Shown: piece by piece, positions 52,388 to 64,000 of the stretch
Numbering within the stretch: position 1 is the stretch's first letter
Layout: every line of letters begins with the position of its first letter
NCBI RefSeq assembly: GCF_008831285.2
Contig: NC_045138.2
Coordinates: 11,284,001 to 11,348,000, forward strand
Reading direction: 5' to 3'
Length of the DNA stretch: 64,000 bases
Source: Nymphaea colorata
Lineage: Eukaryota
Translations under genes and position numbers: made by a program
The notes under the pieces: model-generated
What the model was told of the DNA's origin: nothing
The model's input: only the letters and a program-made list of their open reading frames with translations
Databases searched by the model: none

Positions 52388-53107
52388 ATCAATATCCTAG
52401 CTTTCACCTTCATAAATGGGGCATCTTGAAAAAAAAAAAAAATTGAAATCCTTCAAGATGAATTTCAAAAGTTTTATGAAAGTTACAAACTTAGAACTTC
52501 AGAATGAACATGTCAATCCACAATCAATATAAACATTCACAAGCATTATAAGCATCACAAGCACTAAAAGCATCCAGGCACACGCATATTGGTAAGTGAA
52601 TTTCACGCTCTGGCATACATGCATTAACAATCATGCAGACGCATGCTCATTGGTGTGTGAATTTCACGCTCCGTGTGCACAAAGGTTCCTTTCAAAATAA
52701 TGCATTGCATAAAAAGCAACAAATAATGAACAGATTCATGTAGTGAAACTTAGTCAATATAAAAGCGTGAATTTAACATCTGCATCCAAGGATATAAACA
52801 GCTTGGAAGCTCTTAATCCTCCAAGCAGTGCCTACCAAAAGCAAATAAGTCCATCTTATCATGTCAAGCAGTAATGGACTAAGGCTTCCAGGGGTTCCAA
52901 AGACAAGCGCACCAACCAGGCCTTACAACGCGAAATATTACGAATATATATAAAAAAATATGAAACCAAGAACCTGAACACCAAATCCTTCAAAAATGGA
53001 GAAAACCAGATTGGAGGAATACTCTATGGGCCTATTCTGAGAGAACATTAACCGTGTGATACTTGCTATCCAAGCAAATTTACTATGCTTAAGGTTCAAG
53101 AACTTCA

Positions 53108-56100
53108 TCAGGCATCATCTTTTTCAACCTCCTCGAGAATAAGGGTCTTGGTAGGCTTTGCTAACAAGTCCGTGTACTCCTGGAAAGGAGATTTTGTGAA
53201 GCGAGTCTCTCGCCAGAAATCAGGAGTAAGGAAGCCATATGTCTTCAATAGACAATCAAAAGTAGCCTTCAAAGCACAAAAGAAGAACGATTGTCAGCCA
53301 TCTCAAGACACAAAAGCTGCAAAGAATAAAGGTGTAGTACGAAGATGCTATGATCAAAAGGGGTTCGTAACATTCCAGATACATGTTGATCATACAGCAC
53401 CCAGAGCACGCCATGTTTTCCCATTTCCCCAACAGAAATATCTTATGGAACTAAGCAGACAGGTCATCAGTAAAAACATAATTGCTCAACAACATTCCAC
53501 CATCCTAACAAGTAACAAGTAATAAAGAGAGACCCTGATTGGTGCAGGAAGCATGCTAAGAAACAGAATTTTACTAATCCAAGATAATTGGTTTTGTACT
53601 TTGTACTGATCCAGTAAACAAAGCATGAAGAACTATAAACCGTACAAATAGTATTCCCGTATTTATAACAACAGAAGTAACTTAAAGAAGGAAAGATAAC
53701 ATTATAAAGCAAGAGAAGTTTTCCCGAAGGCAGAAACATTTTGGCAACAGTAAACAATTCACATTCAACAGAAATACAACTGGAATAATCAGCAAGCCAA
53801 CCCTGACTCGCTTAAGCCATGACTTCTGTTTGAGCCAAAACAACCAAGAAAGTTTAAGACCTCGCCTAGGCAGGGACTAAGCCTCGCCTAGGCAGGGACT
53901 AAGCACGAGTCCACGCCCGTCGCCTAAGTTCCACCACTTAGGCACGGGACATGTGTTTGAGCGCCCAACCTAGGCGCCAACACACCTAGTCCATGAGAAA
54001 GTGAAAAGTCACTTTCCCTTTCAATTAAAATTTCTTAATTGAGTACATATTGTTATGTACTTTATTTTGTATTGAGCATGTGTTTTTATGTATTGTTATG
54101 TTGATTATGTTGTAATATGTATACTGTTATATGTATATACTGTTAGTCAGTAGTCACTTAGTCTGTTATATAGTATTGTGATCAATGTTGTAAAAAGCGT
54201 ATCGTAAGGCGTATCGGTCGGGCTTTAAGATACGCCGTATCGTAACGTATCGTAACGTATCGTAACCGTATCGTAACCGTATCGTAAATTTTAAAAAAAT
54301 AATAATAATAAATCAGAAAAAAAAATTAAAAAAATCAAAAAAATCATAAAAAATCAGAAAAAATTAAAAATAATAAATTCTTCATAGAAAACATGGTTTA
54401 GTCTTTTAGATAATGATAAGACTTATTATTTTGCTAAATGCTATAAACTTACACGTTCACGGTTCATCATTCATACTTCATAGACATAAAAATTCATAAC
54501 AATATCATTCTTTTTCATCTTTATCTTCATGGTTTAAAAAAAACCATTTCCTCTCAATGGGAATCAGCCACCCATGCACAAATCCATGGTTTAATAGATG
54601 ATTTCACGGTGACAATCGATGATTTCACAATGGAAATCAATGATTTCCCTCTAAAACGGTACAATCTATAGATTAGAAATGAGGAAGGGGTGGGTTTTTA
54701 TAAAAAAAACTCGAAAAAATGGGGTTCAAGTCTCCTTTTTAGAAATCAGCCCGTATCGTACGATACGGGCCGTATCGCACCGTATCGTACGATACAGGTA
54801 CGATACACCCCCATTTGCGATACAGGGGGTGTATCGTATCGTTTTTTGCAAACGATACGATACGTATCGTACGATACGTCAATGTTGTACGTATCGTACG
54901 ATACGACCCCGTATCGTTTGAAGAAAACGATACGATACACCCCCCGTATCGTAAAAAGGGGGTGTATCGACCCTGTATCGCACGTATCGTACGATACAGG
55001 GCCCGTATCGTACGATACAGGGCCCGTATCGTACGATACGGGGCGATACACCCCGTATCGTACGATACGGCCTAAAAACGCAAAAGGGGGCCGAGACCTA
55101 CTTATTCGGCTTCTTTTTCAAATTTTTCTTCTGTTCTTCATTTCTAACGCTTGGATAGTGCCGTGAGGGAGGGCGATCGTTCATTTTCACCGTGAAAAAC
55201 TTGATTTTCATCGTCAAATCGAAGATTAAGTGGTCGATTTGTGCGTGGGTGCTTGATTTTCGTGGGAAGGAAAGGGGTTTTCTTCATTTCAGACATTTCT
55301 TCTTCGTAAGGTATGAAATCTCATGTTCTTACCATGTATTCTTAATTTTTTACCGTATAATCGTAGATTTGAAGACTTTGAGTGTTTTTCATTAAGTTTT
55401 TACCATAAGATTTCGTTTTTTTTTTGAAGATATGGATCCTACATGGCAATGGTGCGAAAGGGTGAAGGAGAATAACCGTTTGAAACTCAAATGTGGCTTC
55501 TGTGGGCATACACTTTCAGGAGGGATTATTAGAATGAAACACCATTTGGCAGGGACCTCCAAAGATGCGTCTCCTTGTGTTGGAAGACCAAACAAACCTT
55601 TGCCTCCATTTGTGCGTCAACAATGTTTAGATATGCTTCATGCTTTACGTCAAAAGAGAATACAAAAAGAAACTGAAGATGCAGATGTAGGCTATAATGT
55701 GCCTTTGGAAGATGAAGAAGAAGAGGAAGAAGCTTATGAATGTGATGATGAAGACGATAGCAGTCTAAGAACAGATTTGGAGACCTCAAGAGGTAGAGAT
55801 CGTAGAGGAAAAGGGATTATGTATGAAGGAGGTCGATCTGGCATAACGGGAAGGAAGAGGAGAGGCACAACAGATGTTAGGGCCAGGCGTGGTATGCGAC
55901 CACCTAGTGGTAGAGTTCCTACTGGTAGGTCTAGTGTTGGCTCTATTAAGAGTTTTTTCCCTTCATATACCAGCCCAGGTGGTCAGTCGCAGATTCGTGC
56001 TGCTATGACATCTAAAGATATGCTATATCATGCACAAAAGCAGGTAGGGCAATGGTTTTATGATGCATGTATTCCATTCAATGCAGCTAATTCTTTTCAA

Positions 56101-59100
56101 TTCCAAGCCATGGCAGATGCAATTGCTTCTATAGGCCCCGGATTCAAAATGCCATCATATCATCAGTTGAGGGGCAAAATTCTTCAGGATACAGTCAAAG
56201 AAGTGTCTGAGCATTGCGATGAGTTGAAATTATGTTGGAAGGAAACAGGTTACTCCATTATGTCAGATGGTTGGACTGATACAAGGTCAAGAACACTTGT
56301 AAATTTTCTTGTTTATTGCCCTAAAGGTACAATGTTCTTGAAATCTCTTGACTTGTCCGATGTTCCTAAGACTGCTGAGATTTTATTCAATGTTTTTGAT
56401 AATGTCGTACAAGAAGTTGGACCTGCAAACATTGTACAGTTTATTACAGATAATGCTGCAAATTATAGAGCTGCAGGAGATTTGTTATTTCAAAAGTATA
56501 GAACATTTTATTGGAGTCCATGTGCCACTCATTGTGTTAATCTAATGCTTCAAGATCTTAATGAGATGCATGATATGAAATCAGTCATTGACCAATGTCA
56601 AGAGGTAACAAAATTTATCTATAATCATGCATATGTATTGAATTTGATGAGAAAATTTACAAAAGGAGTTGAATTAATACGACCTGCACAAACTAGATTT
56701 GCCACAAATGTATTGACTGTGCAGAGTGTGGTGAAACAAAGAACTCCTTTGAGACAGATGTTTACTAGTGAAGAATGGGCTGCATATCCACATGCTCATA
56801 AAAGAAATGCTTCTTTAGTTGTAGATATTATATTCAATAACGTATTTTGAGAATCATGTGTGAAGCTATTGAAGGTTTGTGTTCCATTAGTTAAGGTTCT
56901 CAGGTTGGCTGACAGCGAGGACAGACCTTCTATAGGGTACTTATATGAGGCTATGGACAAAGCAAAAGAGGCAATTCGAGACAACTTAAAGGAAAGAAAA
57001 AGTTATATATGCCCATATGGAAGATTATAGATAAAAGGTGGACTGGACAGCTTCATCAACCTCTTCATGCAGCAGCTTATTATCTAAATCTTGCAATTAG
57101 ATTTTCTCCTACATTTAAGAAGGACAGAGAAGTCATGCATGGTTTGTTAGATTGTATTAATGTGTTAGTGGAAGATTCTACAGAACAAGATGCTGTGCAC
57201 AATGAGTTGGATCTATATGATAGTTGTTTTCGGAACATGGGACTACCTGCCGCCGTTCGAGCCAGCGTCCAGGTAAATACATAGAAATTTTTAATTTACT
57301 TTGCATTTGTTACATTTGATTCTTTTAAAACTTTCACATTGATTTGTTATATTTTTGTTTAGATTTGTGGTGGAATAGGTATGGGTTTGATTGTCCAAAC
57401 CTAGCACGTTTTGCAGTCAAAGTCCTCAGCCAGACATGCAGTGCTAGTGGATGCGAAAGGAACTGGAGTGTGTTCCAACATATCCATAGCAAAAAAAGGA
57501 ATAGGCTCGAACATAAAAGGTTGAATGACCTTGTCTTTGTTCGATATAATATGAGGTTGAAACAAATGTAATATAGGCATATAGCTTAATTAATGTTTAC
57601 ATATTTTGTACAATATATTTATATGAAATTATATACTAACAAATTTTCTCTTATTTAATGTAGAGAATTAGAAAAATCATTAGCAAGGAAGCACACATCT
57701 CAGTTCGATCCTATCAGCTTGGAAAATTTTGACGATCTAGAGCCATGGATTGAAGAAGAACCAGCTACAATATTTGATGATGAAGATCTTGAATGCTTCA
57801 ACCTTGAAGTTGAAGCAACAGAAGGCTTTGTTGATGAAGGAGAGTCTGCTACTGCTGGTGCTGGTGCTAAATATGTTGGTGAAGATCTTCCAATTCTTGA
57901 CGATGAAGAAGAAGAAGAAGATGAAGATGAAGATGATGAAGATTATGAATGATGAATCATGAATGAGAGTCAAGTCAAGAGTGCTTTCATTTTATATGTA
58001 TCTATGGTTGTTGAATACTTGATTGAATGTTTTATCATTTATGACTTTATCACTTTATGGCTTATGGCCTTATGCTTTGTTGAATGATATTGTATTATTA
58101 TTGTTATGAATTTTGATGTTTATGAATGATGAACGCGTAAGTTTATAGCAATAATAAGTCTATCATTATCTCAAACATGTTTTCTATGAACAATTTATTA
58201 TTTTTAATTTTTTCTGATTTTTTTATGAATTTTCCGATTTTTTTTAAATTTTTTCTGATTTATTAATAATTTTTTAAAAAAATTTACGATACGTTACGAT
58301 ACGTTACGATACGGCGTATCTTAAAGCCCGACCGATACGGCTTACGATACGCGTTTTACAACATTGCGATACGTACAACACTGATTGTGATACCTCATAC
58401 TTATTATAAATAGACATTAGTATGGTTACGTTACGTACTTATATCATATAGTAATATGTATTGTTACTTTGTTATACATGTTATAAACTTATATGTATAT
58501 ATACCATTATGTCAAATTGTATTGTAATAGAATTTGTTATTCTTGTTATATATATTGTACTACATGTTATATGTATGTACTGTTATGTACAGTCTGTTAT
58601 ACCTGTTACATAATATTTCATCAACATATTATATGTATATACAGTTAGCCTGTTATAAAATATGTAATATTGTGATACCCGTTACATGTATATGTTAGTA
58701 TGGTTATGTACTTAATATGTATTGTTACTATTATGCACTTATATGTATACTACTGTGTACTGTTAGTCTTTCTTATTATATTAAGTCTTTAAGTACAGAT
58801 GGATTAACGCCTTCCTACAGATTTACATTCCTTCTTCTAGAGATAGATTCAGTTTTTTTTTTTTTTTACTTGTATTAGATTACATTTAATGAATAATCTT
58901 ACACTTATTCTATTGATTTTTCATATTCAATGAAGTCAAACAATTATTTTTTATTCTTTAAGTAGATTATGCTTGTTATATTACTACTCTCCACATTTCA
59001 AATATTAGTAATAGTTAGTCAAAATAACTTGACATATTAACAGAACTAAACTAAAACTAAAAAAAAAAATGGTTGCCTTTTCTGCCTAGGATCACCTAGG

Positions 59101-60601
59101 CCAGCCTACGTGCTAAGCTCTGCCTGGCAACCAGGCAGCACCTAGGCGCCTTGGCAACATAGAAAGTTTGTCAAAAAAATCTCACCCTAGTCGTTTATCA
59201 ACTAAGACCTGATTAAATGATACAGACAAGTCACAGCACGACCTAAAGAAAGCACAGATGAACAAAATAAGGCCATGGTTGTCGAATGAATCCTTCTCCT
59301 TCCCTCAATCCATATAGAAATGCATGATAATACAAAATACTGAACATATTTTACATTTCAAATATATAACATTGTTCATCTTTTTTTTTTTTTGCTTTAC
59401 CTCATACAGTTGTCTATAAAAAGTTGGTGACTTAAGATTAGTTAACTTTTTTTTCCTTCTCAAGGAGAGGGCCGTTAAGTAGTCTGGGCCTTACAAGGCT
59501 CCTGATTATCAAAATACAAACAATGATTAGCTAATTTAGTATAAGACTTCATTATTTTGATTTGAGGTCTCACTTCTATTGGTTTTATTTTTTCACAATA
59601 GGAAAATTAAAAGTCGTATGTTTTCCTTTCTACATAATAAACTAAAGAAGATGATGTGGCCTGCCCGAGCCATGAGAGTGGGAACTGGCTATCGGAAACC
59701 GAGTCTCTAGATTGCCGAAAAGAAGTGCATGATACATGCATAACTGAAAAGTTTCCTCATTCTGGAAACCATCTATCTTTTTACCTCAGAACAAACGACA
59801 GTACAAAACTACAACTACGGAAATGCATAATACTGGTAAAACCCATTAAACAACAAAAACCATTGGTGAACTACACTTATGAGATGCATTGGGCCATAAA
59901 AAGATTGTAATGCTGAAAACTGAACCACAAGAACAACCAAATTTAACAAGAACGGAAAGGATGAATGGGATATCAGGTTAATGCACAAAAACTACAAATA
60001 GATTTTCAAAAATAATAAGAATTTAAATAGAAATCGCGAACCTGAAGAAAACACACATATCAATTATCGATCATTTCTCATCGAGAAAAACAAACTACAC
60101 AATTCTTTCCCTCGGTTTGCCTGCTACGACTAACGACTAAAGAAACATTCCAGATCCAAACGTTTTGGAACAGTAAAAACAACTAGAACAAAGAGTTCAG
60201 TAGAATATAGAGAAAGGAAGATACGGACCTTGACGAAGTTTCCAAGAGTCTTGGTTGAGCCGCGAGACGAGGTGAATACGTCCTCGATTCCCGCAAACTG
60301 CAGAACCTTCTTCGGTACCCTAGCAGCGACGATACCGGAACCCCTGGGCGCCGGAACGAGCCGGACGGTTACTGAACCACACTTTCCGGTGACCTTGCAG
60401 GGAACGGTATGGGGCTTGCCGATCTTGTTCCCCCAGTAACCCCTGCGAACGGGGATGACGGAGAGCTTAGCGAGGATGATGGCGCCACGGATGGCCGTCG
60501 CGACCTCCTTACTGCACTTGACCCCGAGGCCAACATGGCCATTGCCGTCACCGACCACAACGAAGGCCTTGAATCGTGTGCGCTGCCCTGCGCGTGTCTG
60601 T

Positions 60602-60633
<32 letters not shown>

Positions 60634-60900
60634 CTTGAGTAGGGGCCCAAGTAGGGACTCCACGATCTGGTGCTCCTTCACGGGGAGCGAGTGCAAGTAA
60701 ATCTGCTCCAGTGTACGGATGCGCCCTTCCTTGACGAGGCGTCCGAGTTTCGTGACTGGAACCCACTTCTCCTCCTCGTCGCGGCGAGCACCCCCACGGC
60801 GGCCTCCGCCGCGGCCTCCACGACCCCGGTCACCGCGACCACGGTCACCGCGACCTCCTCCCCGACCGAAGCCCCGTCCGAAACCACCTCTCTCTGCCAT
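53108..60900 (-). CDS. RPS2: 40S ribosomal protein uS5 (S2), 276 aa; exons 60229-60900 and 53108-53266, intron 53267-60228
   Basis: RGG-rich N-term, [37 protein letters not shown] and [13 protein letters not shown]...AG intron, then [35 protein letters not shown] in frame (phase 0). No stops. Confidence 0.97.
54183..58383 (+). mobile_element. hAT DNA transposon (4201 bp) with perfect 8-bp TSD
   Basis: TSD ATTGTGAT at 54175-54182 and 58384-58391. Long terminal inverted repeats CAATGTTGTAAAAAGCGTATCGTAAG / CTTACGATACGCGTTTTACAACATTG. CGATAC subterminal arrays and an internal transposase. Confidence 0.95.
55432..57952 (+). pseudogene. hAT transposase (BED finger, DUF659-type core, C-terminal dimerisation domain), disrupted
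   Basis: [46 protein letters not shown] and [18 protein letters not shown] at 56848-56850 (expected W) and a frameshift at ~56990. Probable introns 57273-57362 and 57568-57663. Acidic tail. Confidence 0.88.
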
Positions 60901-61229
60901 CTCCGGCTGTCGGATTCCGATCGTCTATCCACGTTTGGCGCTACCGCCAATCGAGCGGAACGGAGAAAGCAAGGACAAGAGGAGGTGGAAGCGAGACGAA
61001 AGACTCAAACAGCAACTTCGACTACAAAAGCCCTAACACCTTTCCATTCCAGGGTTTCTTGTGCGGGCAGCGAGGGAGATTACGGATTTGCCCAATTTCA
61101 AGCGCTGCTGCAAGAACCAAACCTAGAATCGAGAGGGTCATCTCGAGTAGCACATGAAACGAGGTTGAGATCTGTTCCCAAATGGGACGAGACGATTATC
61201 TCAATGAAGAAAGCTTTTTAGTAAATGGA

Positions 61230-61720
61230 CGTTGAGACGGTGGGTTTGAATTTATATGAATCTCTGATAGATCTAAGAAGTAATTCTGATATAGATCTGT
61301 ATCCGACTAAATTATTAAAAAATAAATACCGACAAAAAAAGTCTGATATCCTATTAAGAAATTGGATCGGATTTGGATTTAAAAAATGGCATTTGATCAC
61401 ATTCAAATTTTGATTTGGATTTAAATGTTTAATCTAATTCATTTGAGTTCAAATATGATTTAATTTTAAATATATATCCTACATTTAATGTTAATATATT
61501 CTAAAAGCTAATTCTTAACGTATAGTAATGCGGTTAGAATTGGTTTAAAAGATGGATTTAGATTCGGTTGTAAATTTAAAAATCAGATTCTGATAGCGAA
61601 TTCTTGCTTGGATTCAGTTATGATATAGGCTTTTTATTCAACTCAAAATTCGGATATGAATTTAAAAATCAGATTCTAATAGTGAATTCGTGCTTAGATT
61701 CGGTTATGATATAGACTTTT
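61230..61720. mobile_element. Degenerate MITE-like AT-rich element with CGGAT/ATCCG motifs upstream of RPS2
   Basis: Recurring ATCCG/CGGATTTGGATT motifs and a ~60-bp direct repeat at 61573-61634 / 61659-61720. Termini not resolved. Confidence 0.4.
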
Positions 61721-64000
61721 CTTCATTTCAATATGAATTCATATATGAACATGTGTACATCAAAAGAAAAAGAAGACGAAGAAGAGGATATATCTAAGAG
61801 TACATTCATTTTCTCATTCGATCCATTGACATTCCTAACTAGATGTGCCTGACACCATGTCCACCTGATCAACAGAAAAAAGAAAGAGTTTGGAATAAAA
61901 GCTATCAAATTATAGTAAACGAAAGGGAAGATAGAAAAGAAACAGGACAATAAGAAGGAAAAAAGATTGATGTTGGTAATGCGACTTTTGGCCCCACATA
62001 CATTTTAAAAAAATATTGGCGGTGTGAAATATTGATAGTCATGCATCAACCAAAGTTCTAAAACTCTCATGCGATGATGAATGAGCTTCGAACTTGCAAG
62101 AAAATGGATTAAATGCATAGAATCACAGTCATAATTCAACTTTGCTGATCGAGAAAGAATTGTTCAACATAAGGTAATTCAATTACAACCAGTCGACACT
62201 CAATTGCAGTGCCAAATACATTGAGGCAATGAGAACTAAGCAAATGAAAGTTTTAATAAACTTTCAATACCATGATCTAGGAAATATTGAAGCACCAAAC
62301 TAGGCCGCAGACCTGAAACATAAACAAATTAAACTTAAAGCACAATAACTTTAGAAAATCACAAGTAACAGATAAAAACACAACTCAACTATCAAAACAC
62401 TAAACAAATTGTCGAAGTCTCATCACAGCTCCTTATCTTAATTTTAAGAAGACATAATGTTTAGACTCATGTACCAATAATTAACAGCGAAATGATGTTT
62501 ACCTAATAATTCCAAGTCCTAGACAAGACTCAAAGCCAACTAATTAGAGTGAGCTACATCTCTAGTCTAAATGGCTGAAATAAAGAAAACCTAATGGAAG
62601 GACATACATGCCCTTATGTTATGCAGTAGACTATTATAGACAAGAGTTTTGTAATTCGCTTGGGACAAAGGGCCAATGACGTCCAAATTTTGTGTAACCG
62701 ATGAGTGAAAGCTGACATACTTGAGAAAACAGCCTTCCTACAGAGTTGAGAAATCAATTGTTTTTTTTTTAAATGTGATTATACTATATTAATTTATTGA
62801 ATTTTTGTTTTGGTTGGGTCCTGGAATTTTATGAAAACAAAGGGAAACCTTTGTCGTAAGCAACTCAAATTATGGTTTGATAGAAATAAAGTGAAGTACC
62901 GTTAAGAATATTTTGCGTACTGCGGTCTGTGAGTGAAATTAACATTACTTTCACTTATACAATGATTAGCACTCAATGCAAACATACTTAATCGCAACTG
63001 TAACACCATAAAAGCATAAAACTGACATATCAAACTAAGCCTAATCTAACGTGACCCTATACAAACCTAAGGAATTAATTCGTAAAACCCTAATTCTTGC
63101 TCACAATGCATTTAAATGAATGAATGTCATGGAATGGATTAGTACGATCTTAAAATGATATCTATATGGTATAGAATGATATGAATACATGCTGGAGATA
63201 TGATGATATGATCTAACTATTTGATATCCTATACGATCTGACATAAATATGTAATCCACGTATATGAATGTATGAATGCTTATGCATTTGAATAATGAAT
63301 AATGATGGATGAGGATGACTGTAATCATGACATGCCATTCATGTCATGCATGGATAGATGTTGACATGAGGACATGACATGACAAAGTGTTGCATATATG
63401 ATATGTAGCCTGTATGGGTATAATATGTTATGCACATAAGATGTGGGATATGATTGTTTTTATGCATGTCACACGTGCATGATGTGCTACCATAGTTTAC
63501 ATGGAATGACATGGGACATGTGGCCTCGCACCTACATGACATGATAATGTTAAGGATGTGCATGAATGATATTATTATCCCTATCGACAATGCATTCTGA
63601 ACTCTTGATATATATTTGGACGCATGCATGTGATATTTACGCAAGTGTAGGATAAGAACAACATCATATCCACATTCTATTTCCAAAGAAGTAATATGTT
63701 TGGGGGGTTGAATGGTGGTACAGTAAGCCCACAATGTACCATGAATATTCTCATACTAATCTCATGCAATCTCCATATGACCTAGGTTTGCATGGCTACA
63801 TAGCTCAAACTATGACTATGACTGGACCTAGGAAACATCCTCTTCATCCTAATCTGAACCTAATTCTATTAAACCTAGCACTAAACACATTAAAGCTAGT
63901 CTAAAGCCAATTAGATCAAATTTTGATCAATTAGAGCCTACATTACCTAGGCTAAGTCCTAGCTAAACCAATTCAAACAACCTAAAATAGTTGAGCCCAG

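Larger units (their letters stand above)
53856..59160. mobile_element. Non-autonomous DNA transposon (CCTAGG/CGCCT subterminal repeats) in the RPS2 intron, split by the hAT insertion
   Basis: CGCCTAGG clusters at 53860-53990 and 59082-59160. AT-rich TGTTATA-repeat body on both sides of the hAT. AGAAAGTTT direct repeat at 53847-53855 and 59161-59169. Confidence 0.6.

Noticed and set aside
53290..53400. Intronic hairpin (TATGATCAA...TTGATCATA) plus terminal ACA as a possible H/ACA snoRNA; similar idea at 59650-59750
   Set aside because: No properly placed ANANNA H box or convincing two-hairpin layout. The C/D-like boxes at 59650-59748 are antisense to the host transcript. An Rfam/snoReport search would be needed.
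53085..53522. 145-aa plus-strand ORF
   Set aside because: Antisense shadow of RPS2 exon 2 and intron; no recognisable family.
54679..55166. CRISPR-like palindromic repeats and repetitive ORFs (VSYDT / YRTIR)
   Set aside because: Irregular spacing, no unique spacers or cas genes, and eukaryotic context. The repeats are hAT subterminal motifs and the ORFs are by-products.
60230..61221. Several overlapping ORFs around RPS2 exon 1
   Set aside because: GC-rich shadow frames of the real CDS. The ORF-track RPS2 tail VRIFLSLY... is intron read-through.

Overview
Eukaryotic (flowering-plant) genomic DNA dominated by nested, mostly decayed transposable elements. The only intact gene I can support is 40S ribosomal protein uS5/RPS2 (minus strand, 2 coding exons, 276 aa). 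Its 6.96-kb intron holds a 4.2-kb hAT transposon nested inside an older non-autonomous DNA element. The rest contains: Ty1/copia elements of at least two families; a cluster of Tekay/Del chromovirus Ty3/gypsy elements with ~3-kb LTRs, rearranged by deletions (10.4-30.2 kb); a complete 2.1-kb non-autonomous LTR element with TG...TA ends; Athila-like and Tat/Ogre-like integrase relics; and hAT-type non-autonomous elements. Two tracts (3.2-10.2 kb minus, 35.0-38.2 kb plus) are collages of same-strand, stop-containing exon fragments from unrelated host genes (PUB42-44-like U-box/ARM, GH38 alpha-mannosidase, HD-ZIP III, plus unidentified exons), consistent with TE-mediated gene capture. I see no convincing novel biological system. 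The most interesting signals are the gene-fragment collages, a templated filler-DNA repair scar, a compound double-ended hAT, and conserved protease-excising splice sites in copia elements. Family assignments come from motif recognition by eye, not database searches.
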